From a virus (taxonomy: Duplodnaviria > Caudoviricetes), in the IMG/VR virus record IMGVR_UViG_3300033075_001877, positions 6,842 through 70,841 of that record: DNA of 64,000 nt; one strand, given 5' to 3'. The notes below the pieces were generated by a model that was not told the origin of the DNA, ran no database searches, and was given only the letters and a program-made list of their open reading frames with translations. This document shows positions 44,518 through 52,702 of the stretch, in pieces; the first letter of the stretch is position 1, and each line of letters opens with the position of its first letter. Both the position numbers and the translations under genes were made by a program.

Positions 44518-45587
44518 CGCGTCACGTCCCGCTGCACGGGCACCACGCCGGAGACGATCGTGCGAGCGTGGCCGTCGATGGTCTCCTCCACGTCGAAGAA
44601 GTAGCGGCCCGGGAGCAGCGTCGCGGTCACCGCCTCCTCGATGGTGAAGAGCACCTGGTTGTCGAGGCAGTCCGCGAGGCTGACGTCGCACGTCGCGTCG
44701 GGGTTGGTCTGCCCCTTCGACCGGCGCAGCTGCATGCGGTACGTGCGGTCGCAGATGTCGGTCACGCCCACCGCGTCGATCGTGATGAGGTACTCGAAGA
44801 AGTCGCCCGTGTAGAGCGTCTCGAGCGTGACGAGGTCCGACGTCGCCGGGGCGTCGATCTGCTCGCTGCGGAAGGCGACGAGCTTGGGCATGTCGGGCGA
44901 GTAGACCTCGGACGGGAACCGCCGGCCGTCGGGGTTCACGATCCCGAGGAAGCGCGCGACCTTCTTGAAGCGGCCCTCGGTGGCCGCCTCGCGGATCTCG
45001 TCGGCGGCCTCGTCGAAGGCGTAGCTCGCGCCCTGCAGCGACAGCGAGCGGATCGTCGCCGGCAGCGTGCAGGCATCGTCGGCGGCCGGGTGCAGCTCGT
45101 CCCAGATCGCGCACGCGAGCTCGATGCACGCGGCCTTGGCCCAGTGCGGGATGTCGGTGCCGTAGCTGTAGGTCACCTGCAGCGTGCCGACCTCGGTGGC
45201 CGGCAGGTCGAGGCTCTGGCGGCAGTAGGACCAGCCGCGGTTGCGGCGCGTGCCCGGGTCGACCAGGCGCACGAGGAACTCGTCGTCGATGACGTCGTAG
45301 CTCGCCGGGTCGATGCTGGCGCCGTCGATCATGACGTCGAGGATCTCGCGCACCGGGTACTGCAGCGGGATGGCGTCGAGCCCGTGCCGGCAGATGTAGC
45401 CCGTCGGGCGCACGACCGCCGTGCACGTGCCGTAGACCGTGAAGCCCGAGAGCATCGCGAGGATGGAGCTCGCAGCGAGGATCGCCTCGTCGGGGTCCTC
45501 GGGCGGGCTCGAGGCAGCGAACGACGGGCAGTGGAGCGCCAGGTCCTCGGACGTGCAGAACGGCGTGCAGGCGCTCCGGTCGTACAT
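44514..45587 (-). CDS. head-to-tail adaptor fused to a C-terminal beta-sandwich (fibre-anchoring type) domain
   Basis: 'AILAASSILAMLSG...YG.C...VRP', 'YSYGTDIPHWAKAACIELAC', 'IRSLSLQGASY'; extra about 100-aa 'YTGDFFEYL...LLPGRYFFDVE' domain. Confidence 0.75.
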   Translation of the reverse strand: MYDRSACTPFCTSEDLALHCPSFAASSPPEDPDEAILAASSILAMLSGFTVYGTCTAVVRPTGYICRHGLDAIPLQYPVREILDVMIDGASIDPASYDVIDDEFLVRLVDPGTRRNRGWSYCRQSLDLPATEVGTLQVTYSYGTDIPHWAKAACIELACAIWDELHPAADDACTLPATIRSLSLQGASYAFDEAADEIREAATEGRFKKVARFLGIVNPDGRRFPSEVYSPDMPKLVAFRSEQIDAPATSDLVTLETLYTGDFFEYLITIDAVGVTDICDRTYRMQLRRSKGQTNPDATCDVSLADCLDNQVLFTIEEAVTATLLPGRYFFDVEETIDGHARTIVSGVVPVQRDVTR

Positions 45588-45597
45588 GGCGGCGATC

Positions 45598-46305
45598 CTA
45601 CGATCCCCGTGCCAGCGGAGCCCTCTCTTCGACCAGGGAGCGCATGCGTTCTCCGTACCCGGACGCCGCCGTGTAGCGCGCGACCAGCTTCTCGCTGGCG
45701 ATCGAGCCGCGCCCGTGGGGTGCCGCGGGCGGGTGCCAGAGGTGCACGAGCGGCGCTCCGACGCGCCCGGGCGCGCCGTGGAGGGTCTTGAGGCACATCC
45801 CGAAGGAGATGTCCTCGCCCCCCCAGCCCTCGAAGCGCTCGTCCAGGCCGCGCACGTCGGCGTAGACCTCGCTGCGCACGACGACGATGCCGCCGCCCGG
45901 GATGCCTCGATAGGTGGGTCGCGTCAGCTTCGCGCGGTACGCGAGCTCGAAGTCTGAGCGGAACTGGGCGCTGAACAGGCGTGTGGCCGCCTCGGTGAGG
46001 CGGTAGACGTCGCCATGCGGCGTGCACCACGCTCGGCCCTCCTGGGCCCAGCGCACGGCCGTCTCGAGGTCCTCGGGCGGCACCACGGAGTCGGCGTCGG
46101 CCAGGATGACGATGTCGTGGTCAGCGGCGCGCGCCTCGGTGAAGGCCCGGTTGAGCGCGGCGGGCTTGTTCCAGGTCCCCTCGATGGGCTGGATCCACAC
46201 GTCCCAGGACGGATGGAAGTGCTCGTAGTGGCCCTCGACGTAGTGCGCGGCCCAGCCGCGCGCCTCGTCGAGGTGGGAGCTGACCGGGATCAGGACCGCG
46301 ACCAT
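45598..46305 (-). CDS. glycosyltransferase (GT-A; GT2/GT7-like C-terminus)
   Basis: DxD 'ILADADS'; 'GLDERFEGWGGEDISF'; start could be 46311 or 46314. Confidence 0.88.
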   Translation of the reverse strand: MVAVLIPVSSHLDEARGWAAHYVEGHYEHFHPSWDVWIQPIEGTWNKPAALNRAFTEARAADHDIVILADADSVVPPEDLETAVRWAQEGRAWCTPHGDVYRLTEAATRLFSAQFRSDFELAYRAKLTRPTYRGIPGGGIVVVRSEVYADVRGLDERFEGWGGEDISFGMCLKTLHGAPGRVGAPLVHLWHPPAAPHGRGSIASEKLVARYTAASGYGERMRSLVEERAPLARGS

Positions 46306-47132
46306 CGGCACCACGGCGCAGGATCGAGCACCATGCCGCTGTCGGTCGGCGACCGGTACCAGAAGTGCTCGCGGAAGACCTCCCGGAGCGCCTCCTCGCC
46401 GTGTTCGTCGATGATGCGACCGTAGGCGCGCCAGTGCGCGCCCTCGCTCTCGGGCAGGCTGGTCGCGCGGTACGCCGCGGCGCCGTTGCGCGCCTTGCGC
46501 ACCATCTGGTTCGCCGAGCGGTACGGGAAGTGGCGAATCTCGAGCGTGTCGGCCGAGTCGGGGACCAGCTGGGTCGGCAGCGTGACGCCGTGGTTGCCCT
46601 GGTGGATCACCGCGCCCGGCTCCCACCGGAAGGCGACCTTCGGCAGGCCGGCGCGCACCGCCTGGCGCCACCGCATCGCGAGGAATGGGTTGGAGTCCTC
46701 GCGATCGAGCAGCGTGCAGAAGTGGTTGAAGAGCGAGGCTCGGGCGACGCGCGTCGTGCGCGGCAGACCCTGCAGCACCATCGCGACGCGATCGCGCGCC
46801 AGCCAGAGCTCGTCCGCGTCGAAGGGCACGATCCAGGTGCCGATGCCGAACTCCTGGCCCACGCGATCGGCGAGCGCCGACATCTTGGCGCTCTGGTAGT
46901 ACGCCGGGTCGGGGTCGTCGGTGACCTCGAGCTGGAAGAGCTCCGCGGGGATCTGCCACGTGTCGGCGTAGACCGCAACCGTGTGCGTGAGCGCCTGCCG
47001 CGTGCCGTCGCGCGAGCCGTTGTCGATGACGAAGATCGCGTCGAGGCCCTCCTCCGCCATGTGGCGGAGGGTGTGCACGATGACGTCGGCTTCGTCCTTC
47101 ACCATGCAGATGCCGACCACTGCGGGGGTCAT
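46290..47132 (-). CDS. glycosyltransferase family 2
   Basis: 'MVKDEADVI', 'IDNGSRDGT', 'PFDADELW', 'IHQGNH', 'IRHFPYRS'. Confidence 0.9.
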   Translation of the reverse strand: MTPAVVGICMVKDEADVIVHTLRHMAEEGLDAIFVIDNGSRDGTRQALTHTVAVYADTWQIPAELFQLEVTDDPDPAYYQSAKMSALADRVGQEFGIGTWIVPFDADELWLARDRVAMVLQGLPRTTRVARASLFNHFCTLLDREDSNPFLAMRWRQAVRAGLPKVAFRWEPGAVIHQGNHGVTLPTQLVPDSADTLEIRHFPYRSANQMVRKARNGAAAYRATSLPESEGAHWRAYGRIIDEHGEEALREVFREHFWYRSPTDSGMVLDPAPWCRWSRS

Positions 47133-47761
47133 CCGCAGACCACCATCTGCGTCGCGGCCACGGAGGTCTGGTCGCTTCCCGGCACGAGCTCGTGGGAGAG
47201 GATCGTGAAGCCCGCGTCCTGCACGACCTTGGCGAACTCGCTCGATCTCCACTCGCGCACGTGGCAGAGGTTCTGGGGCGGGCCCATGTGGCCCTTGGGG
47301 TACTGCACCTCGCGCGCTGGCGTCGACAGCACGACGATCGGCTGGCCGAGGTTGGCGAGCTTGCGGAGGAGTCGGTCGGGGTCGAGGACGTGTTCGACCA
47401 CGTCCGCGCAGATCACGACCGCGGGCGGCGCGCCGGTGAGTGAGGCGCTGAGCGCGTCGCCGTCAAGGTCCGCCTCGTGCCACCGACCCCACGGATGGGT
47501 CTGGCGGCAGTGCTCGATGTTGTCGCCGTAGTCGACGCCCTCGATGATCCAGTCGGGGTGCGCCTCGTGCAGCTTCGCGAGCTTGTCGCCCCAGCCGCAG
47601 CCGACGTCGATGATGCGCTCGATGCCGAGCTCGACGGCAAGCCGCTCAGCCTCCTCGTACACCGCGGCCTGGAAGACGATGCCGCGCGTCGAGGTGACGT
47701 CGTCGAGGAAGTAGACCGGCCCGGGGTTCTCCCGATACTTGGCCGGCAGGTGGTACGCCAT
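47129..47761 (-). CDS. class I SAM-dependent methyltransferase (small-molecule/glycan type)
   Basis: 'IIDVGCGWG', 'ICADVVEHV', 'VLSTP', 'HVREW'; no DNA-methylase DPPY or PC motif. Confidence 0.88.
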   Translation of the reverse strand: MAYHLPAKYRENPGPVYFLDDVTSTRGIVFQAAVYEEAERLAVELGIERIIDVGCGWGDKLAKLHEAHPDWIIEGVDYGDNIEHCRQTHPWGRWHEADLDGDALSASLTGAPPAVVICADVVEHVLDPDRLLRKLANLGQPIVVLSTPAREVQYPKGHMGPPQNLCHVREWRSSEFAKVVQDAGFTILSHELVPGSDQTSVAATQMVVCG

Positions 47762-47762
47762 C

Positions 47763-48443
47763 TCAGTAGCCCTTCCCGGCGCGCTCGTCGCCGATGTGTT
47801 CGACCCACGGCGTGTCGTCGCGGGTGCCCCAGTAGGCGAAGACCGCGTCGGGGTCGTCGCGGATGATGCCGTGGCCGAAGAGGCCTTCGCTCTGCGCGCC
47901 CGCCGGCCACTCGCGCCGGCACAGCGTGCGGCGGAACATCGACGGGTTCGTGGTGAAGAAGAGGCGGTGCTCGAGCCACGCGTTGCCCAGGTGGTCGCGT
48001 CGCTCGGCGTAGGCCTCAGGGTGCTGCTCGATCACGCCACCGGCGAGTCGCTCGGTCGCGCTCCACGCCTGCCGGCGGAGCGCGATCTGCACGACGTCGG
48101 GGTTGCGTTCGAGCACGCCTTGCATCGAGAACAACTCGACGGGGCGGTTGAACGTGAAGTCGTCCTCGAGCAGGAAGACGTAGTCGGCGAGCTCGGCCCT
48201 GTTCGAGTCCAGCCACTCGAACGTGTGGCGGTACGCGCCGCCGAAGCCGCGCCGGTCGCCCTTGCCGATGTGCACGAAGTCGGGGTACTCCGCCATGAGC
48301 CGGCGCCGATGGAAGTGGTCGCCGGAGTCGTCGTGCATGATGCGGTGCGCGATCTCGCCCTCGAGCATCTCGCGCGCCGACGCGATCGTGCGGGCGAGCA
48401 CGTCGTCTCGCCCGTCGGTCATGACCACCAACGAAACGCTCAT
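47763..48443 (-). CDS. glycosyltransferase (GT-A/GT2-like)
   Basis: 'LVVMTDGR', 'MHDDSGD', 'FLLEDDFTF', 'FTTNPS'. Confidence 0.8.
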   Translation of the reverse strand: MSVSLVVMTDGRDDVLARTIASAREMLEGEIAHRIMHDDSGDHFHRRRLMAEYPDFVHIGKGDRRGFGGAYRHTFEWLDSNRAELADYVFLLEDDFTFNRPVELFSMQGVLERNPDVVQIALRRQAWSATERLAGGVIEQHPEAYAERRDHLGNAWLEHRLFFTTNPSMFRRTLCRREWPAGAQSEGLFGHGIIRDDPDAVFAYWGTRDDTPWVEHIGDERAGKGY

Positions 48444-49105
48444 CCCTGTTGAAGCTCCTGCGCTCTGCGCCAACTTTCGTTGGCTCGGATGATCTCCTCG
48501 AACAGCTCCTTCGGCCGGTCGATGTTGCGGTTGCGACCGTTCGCGTTCGTGGTCGCCTGGTAGATAGCGGAGGGGACGGCGCAGGTGTGCGCGCCGACCA
48601 TGATCGCTCGCATCCACAGCGCCCAGTCCTCCCATGCGCGCTCGGGGCCAAAGCTGCCGGCGCGCCAGAACAGATTGCGGTGAATCGCCGTGCCGATGAC
48701 CATCCAGTTGCCGTCGAGGATGGCATCGCGCACGTGCGCGCCGGGGCGTTTCGGCGTCAAGATTCGCGGCGCTTGCGCGTCGTATTGCACCGCGGGGTAG
48801 TAGAGGGCCCATGTGGCCGAAATCGGCCCAGGGGCCTCCATGCGCTCGTCGATCGCCTCACTCATGGCCGCGAGGTAGCCCGGCTCGAGTCGATCATCGG
48901 CGTCGAGGAAGATGAGGTAGTCGCCTTGGGCGCGCCACGCGGCGCCGTTGCGCGCCTCCTGCAGGGAGCGACTGTGCAGTGCAATGACCTCGACCTCGCT
49001 CGCGTCGAAGCCGCGTTGCGCCTGCACGCTCGCGCAGGCGCGCGTCTGCGCGAGCTCGTGCCACCACTCCTCGCCGAAGGTGCCCACGATGACCGAGAAC
49101 CTCAC
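48440..49105 (-). CDS. glycosyltransferase family 2
   Basis: 'ARNGAAW', 'LIFLDADD', 'AWEDWALW'. Confidence 0.88.
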   Translation of the reverse strand: MRFSVIVGTFGEEWWHELAQTRACASVQAQRGFDASEVEVIALHSRSLQEARNGAAWRAQGDYLIFLDADDRLEPGYLAAMSEAIDERMEAPGPISATWALYYPAVQYDAQAPRILTPKRPGAHVRDAILDGNWMVIGTAIHRNLFWRAGSFGPERAWEDWALWMRAIMVGAHTCAVPSAIYQATTNANGRNRNIDRPKELFEEIIRANESWRRAQELQQG

Positions 49106-49767
49106 ACGAACTCCCAGAGGCGCCGGCGCGAGCGGAAGAGCTTGCGGTCGGCCTCGAACCCGCTCAACCCGAGCTCGTAGACGCCGTCCATCTCGCTCTT
49201 GCGCCAGTGTGGGTGCAGGTGCTCGACGCGGCTCGACAGCGCCATGCGGAACGTGCGCCGGAAGCGCGCCGTCGCCACGAACTCGTCGTCCACGAAGTTG
49301 TGTGTGTAGCCCTCGTGCAAGAGCACCGAGGGGTCGTCGATCGAGCCCTGCTCGACGTACTCGCGCGCCACGAGCGAGTGCGTCGCGTGCTCGCCGCGCT
49401 TCACGCGGTCGTTCCCGAGATCGTTCGTGCCCACCACGCTCACCGACGCGCTGATGCGGTTGGACGCGGCGTCCAGCCACCCGGGGTGGAAGTGGAGGTC
49501 GTCAGCGCCAAGGAAGAGGAGCGGCGCACTCGTCTCGCGCACGCCGAGGTTGATCTTGCGGGCGTAGTCACCGGGCGCGCGCTCGCCGGGGAGCACGAGG
49601 TGCGCCGCTCCGACGCGCTCGAGCTCCGCCCGCGTCAGCAGGTCGAACTCGGACGCGATGAACCAGACGTGCGCACCCGGCGTGCCGGCGAGGGCATCGG
49701 CGAGGGCACGTTCGATGCGATGAGGGCGGCCGAGGACCGGGATGAGGATGTCGACGGCGGGGGGCAC
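49102..49767 (-). CDS. glycosyltransferase family 2
   Basis: 'ILIPVLGRP', 'YARKINLG', 'FLGADDLHF', 'HNFVDDEF', 'VEHLHP'. Confidence 0.85.
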   Translation of the reverse strand: MPPAVDILIPVLGRPHRIERALADALAGTPGAHVWFIASEFDLLTRAELERVGAAHLVLPGERAPGDYARKINLGVRETSAPLLFLGADDLHFHPGWLDAASNRISASVSVVGTNDLGNDRVKRGEHATHSLVAREYVEQGSIDDPSVLLHEGYTHNFVDDEFVATARFRRTFRMALSSRVEHLHPHWRKSEMDGVYELGLSGFEADRKLFRSRRRLWEFV

Positions 49768-49773
49768 GGGGCG

Positions 49774-49782
49774 AGCTTACGC
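49774..49782 (-). promoter_or_regulatory. putative -10 (GCG-TAAGCT) for a leaderless transcript of the glycosyltransferase block
   Basis: TANNNT ends 6 nt before the GTG at 49767; intergenic; no SD. Confidence 0.55.
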
Positions 49783-49806
49783 ACGCCGCCGGGCGACGCC
49801 GGGGGA

Positions 49807-50835
49807 TCAGGCGTCGGCGGCCTGACGCTTCCAGCTCGCGTAGCCGGCGACCACGCCCGCCGGGTTGAACGTGAGGAGGCCGAAGCGCTGGAACCGACGG
49901 GTCTGCAGGTTGCGCCCGAGGCCGAGCACGTCGCCCACCTCGCCGACGACGCCGAGATCGATGATGTCCGACATCGCCCAGCGCAGCCCGGCGACGCCGT
50001 AGACCGTCTCGAAGGCCGTGTTGTAGCCGGCGTCGAGCTCGTAGCCGACGAAGCCGGCGTCGGCGATGATGCGCGTGCCGAGCGGGGTCACGAAGCCGTC
50101 GATGGACGGCTCGTAGACGGCGACGTCCTGCGCCACGGCGTTCGTGAGCATGCCGGGCGACATGAGGATGTGGTACTCGCTGTGGCCGAGCATGCGGTAG
50201 CTCGTCAGCCCGGCGACCACCTGCATCGCGTTCTCGATCGCCGCAATGACGGTCACGATGCTCTTCGCGGTGCCGACCACGTTCAGGCTCCCGCTGTCGG
50301 CCACCTGGTTCACGTTGCGGAAGCCGATGTCCGGCGAGTCCGGGCCCGCCTCGAGCTGACGCGCGAACCACGGGCTCGAGTAGGCATCGATCAGGGCTCG
50401 CATGAGCGCCGGGTCGTCGGTGCTGCGGTCGAGGGCGATCGAGGGCACGTCGAGCTCGATCATGATGGGAGCGAAGTAGTCACCAGCCAGGCACTTCGCG
50501 ATGTCGAGGGTGGCCGGCTGCATCACCGTGTCGCCGACGTCGTCGGGGTCGATGCAGCCCGTCGGGCTGTCGGCCCCGTCGCTGATGACCGGCGACTCGT
50601 TCTGGCCGAACGCGGTGGCCATCTGGGCCCCCGGGCCGGCCGCCATGATGTCGCGCACCGTCACGCCGTTCAGCCAGCGCATCGCCGAGTCCGTGCTCGA
50701 CGGGAAGACGTCCTCCGGGAGGCGCGCCACCGTGTGGAGGAACGTGCCGGCACGGCGCAGCGCGGGCAACGGCGCGTCGTAGATCGGGGCCAGACGGGGG
50801 ACGGTGTAGACCTGCGAAGTCGCCATGGTCGGCAT
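49807..50835 (-). CDS. second capsid protein (candidate pentamer/minor capsid protein)
   Basis: Directly after the major capsid gene; 'RWLNGV' and C-terminal 'YGVAGLRWAMSDI...NLQTRRFQRFGLLTFNP' suggest an HK97-like fold. Confidence 0.6.
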   Translation of the reverse strand: MPTMATSQVYTVPRLAPIYDAPLPALRRAGTFLHTVARLPEDVFPSSTDSAMRWLNGVTVRDIMAAGPGAQMATAFGQNESPVISDGADSPTGCIDPDDVGDTVMQPATLDIAKCLAGDYFAPIMIELDVPSIALDRSTDDPALMRALIDAYSSPWFARQLEAGPDSPDIGFRNVNQVADSGSLNVVGTAKSIVTVIAAIENAMQVVAGLTSYRMLGHSEYHILMSPGMLTNAVAQDVAVYEPSIDGFVTPLGTRIIADAGFVGYELDAGYNTAFETVYGVAGLRWAMSDIIDLGVVGEVGDVLGLGRNLQTRRFQRFGLLTFNPAGVVAGYASWKRQAADA

Positions 50836-50889
50836 CCCACTCCGCCACGCGTCGGAATGTCAACTCCCGTGCCCACGCCGTGGGAACGC

Positions 50890-50926
50890 GAAGAGGCCCC
50901 GGCGGGGGGAGTGCCGGGGCCTCTTC
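50890..50926 (-). terminator. hairpin after the major capsid gene
   Basis: 14-bp perfect stem GAAGAGGCCCCGGC / GCCGGGGCCTCTTC, 9-nt loop. Confidence 0.75.
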
Positions 50927-50948
50927 TACCTGTCAGGCGTGCTCAGGA

Positions 50949-52613
50949 TCAGGACTGCGTGGTCTCGCAGTCCAGCGTCACGTCGGCGACCTGGTGGCCG
51001 CCGGGGCACACGTCCACGAGCGTGAGCTCGAGGGAGCGGGCGCCGAAGGCGACGAGGCCCTCGAAGGACTCCCAGAACATCGTGAAGTTGTTCTTGGAGA
51101 GCGAGGTCGTGTCGCGCACCGTGTTGCCGCCGACGCCGAGGTTGAGCTCGCCGCCGTCGAGCCGGCGGAAGTTGCCGGTCGGCGTCATGAGCATCTTGAC
51201 CGTGGTCGGCCACTGCGGGATCGCCGAGCCGTTCACCAGGCTCGACAGGGTCGGCCAGCCCGACGCGGACTCGTAGGTCCAGGTCGGGTTGACGCCCGCC
51301 GACGTGAAGGCCGCGGTGATCTCCTTCGACGCCGACACGATGTCGCCGAGCGACACGTTGTCGGTGCGCTTGCGGCGCAGCTGGTCGACCACGAGCATCG
51401 TGCGCACGTGGCGCGGCAGCCAGCAGTCGAAGCCGATGTCGTCGCCGTAGCGCTCCTGCTCCTTGTACGACTGGATCGTGCGGAGCAGGGTCTCGAGGAG
51501 GGCGATCGACATGCCCACGTTGATGCCGTCGCTGTGCACCTTGATGGTGTTCACGTCGGTGCGCATCGCGTTGAGCAGCGTCCGCTCGCCGAGCTGGGCC
51601 TGGGTGGCCTGCAGGCGGTTGAGGAACGCCGCCACGAGCTCGGGGTAGGTCATGGCGGCCATGTTGGTGACCGTCATGCAGCGGTAGATGCCGTAGATGT
51701 CGTAGTCCTCCGGCGAGCCGCAGGTGATGACGGCGCAGTCGGCCTTCGTCGCGGCGTCGTCGGCGTCGTCGTCGCGGGTCCAGATGCCCGTGCCGTCGCT
51801 GATATCGCTCAGGCGCGGGGTCGGGTAGATCGAGACGCCACCGCGGGGCGCGCCGTAGCTCGCGAGCGACGCCGCGACGGGCCGCACGACCGAGGAGCCG
51901 AAGCTCAGGTCGTAGATCGGCTCGCGCGGGGCGCAGATGGCCGCCTGGACGTCGGCGTCGAGGAAGTCTGCGCCGCCGAAGATGGCCATGTCGTGGTCGA
52001 AGTTGCCGTTGAGCTGGCGATCGTCCGGCACGGTGCCGAGCACGCGGGCGACCACGAACTTCTCCGCCGTGTTGGCGTTGCTCGTGGCCTTGATGCGTGC
52101 GGAGAACGCCTTGGCGATGTCCGCCATCGACTCGAGCGGCGCGCCGGCGTCGTAGCCGCCGCCGGTCACCGCCGCGACGACGCGGGACGGGTTCCGGGCC
52201 GGTGCGGGTGTGCTCGATGCGGCGGGGGTCGCGCCGGCGGAGGCCGCGAGCGCGCCGGCCGACGGGGCCGCGGGCGCCGGGGCGGGCGGGGTCGAGGCGG
52301 CATCGGCCGCTGCGGCGGGTGCCGGGTCGGTGGTGGCCTCGTCGGCCGGCGCTGCGGGCGCCGAGTCGGCGGCCGGCTCGTCGAACGAGTCGAAGAGGCC
52401 CGACGCGTCGCCGTCGGCGGAGTCGAGCTCGGCGATGCGAGCGTTCACGGCGTCGGCGAACTCGCGGGCCTCGCGCAGGCGAGCGACGAGCTCGGGCGTG
52501 CGGGGCAGCGAGCGGGCGCCGAGCACCGCGGTGCGGATGCTCGCGGCGAGCGCCGACAGCTCGGTGCGGGTCAGGCCGCTGAGGTCCTGGGGACGCTCGG
52601 GAAGCTCGAACAT
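50949..52613 (-). CDS. major capsid protein with N-terminal scaffold-like helix and Ala/Pro linker
   Basis: After the protease; strong RBS; 'AAICAPREPIYD', 'APRGGVSI', 'NNFTMFWESFEG'; followed by a terminator. Confidence 0.88.
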   Translation of the reverse strand: MFELPERPQDLSGLTRTELSALAASIRTAVLGARSLPRTPELVARLREAREFADAVNARIAELDSADGDASGLFDSFDEPAADSAPAAPADEATTDPAPAAAADAASTPPAPAPAAPSAGALAASAGATPAASSTPAPARNPSRVVAAVTGGGYDAGAPLESMADIAKAFSARIKATSNANTAEKFVVARVLGTVPDDRQLNGNFDHDMAIFGGADFLDADVQAAICAPREPIYDLSFGSSVVRPVAASLASYGAPRGGVSIYPTPRLSDISDGTGIWTRDDDADDAATKADCAVITCGSPEDYDIYGIYRCMTVTNMAAMTYPELVAAFLNRLQATQAQLGERTLLNAMRTDVNTIKVHSDGINVGMSIALLETLLRTIQSYKEQERYGDDIGFDCWLPRHVRTMLVVDQLRRKRTDNVSLGDIVSASKEITAAFTSAGVNPTWTYESASGWPTLSSLVNGSAIPQWPTTVKMLMTPTGNFRRLDGGELNLGVGGNTVRDTTSLSKNNFTMFWESFEGLVAFGARSLELTLVDVCPGGHQVADVTLDCETTQS

Positions 52614-52615
52614 GA

Positions 52616-52686
52616 TCGCTCCTCGGTGGGATCTCGGGGCGCTTCCCCGGAAGTGGTGGCGATCCTCGCGGACCCACCGGGAGCGA
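52616..52686 (-). promoter_or_regulatory. branched RNA structure in the major-capsid leader, covering the SD
   Basis: 14-bp outer stem (one bulge) enclosing two small hairpins; SD GAGGAG lies in the 3' strand. Confidence 0.65.
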
Positions 52687-52702
52687 AATCAAGTCGAGCG
52701 CG

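Noticed and set aside
45598-49767. DNA hypermodification as the role of the glycosyltransferase block
   Set aside because: No hydroxymethylase, TET/JBP, thymidylate-synthase-like, kinase or DNA polymerase genes in the window, and the block sits among late structural genes. Less likely but not excluded, since such genes could lie outside the window.
38772-50862. Shared 9-mer TGACATTCC upstream of the tail tube gene (38772-38780) and the second capsid gene (50854-50862)
   Set aside because: Only two copies at different distances from the starts, and no matching -10 at promoter spacing.
52614-52700. tRNA or tmRNA in intergenic gaps (also 14425-14521, 17760-17880, 56450-56646)
   Set aside because: No T-loop GTTCRA, D-loop or CCA pattern; the 52.6-kb structure is better explained as an mRNA leader.
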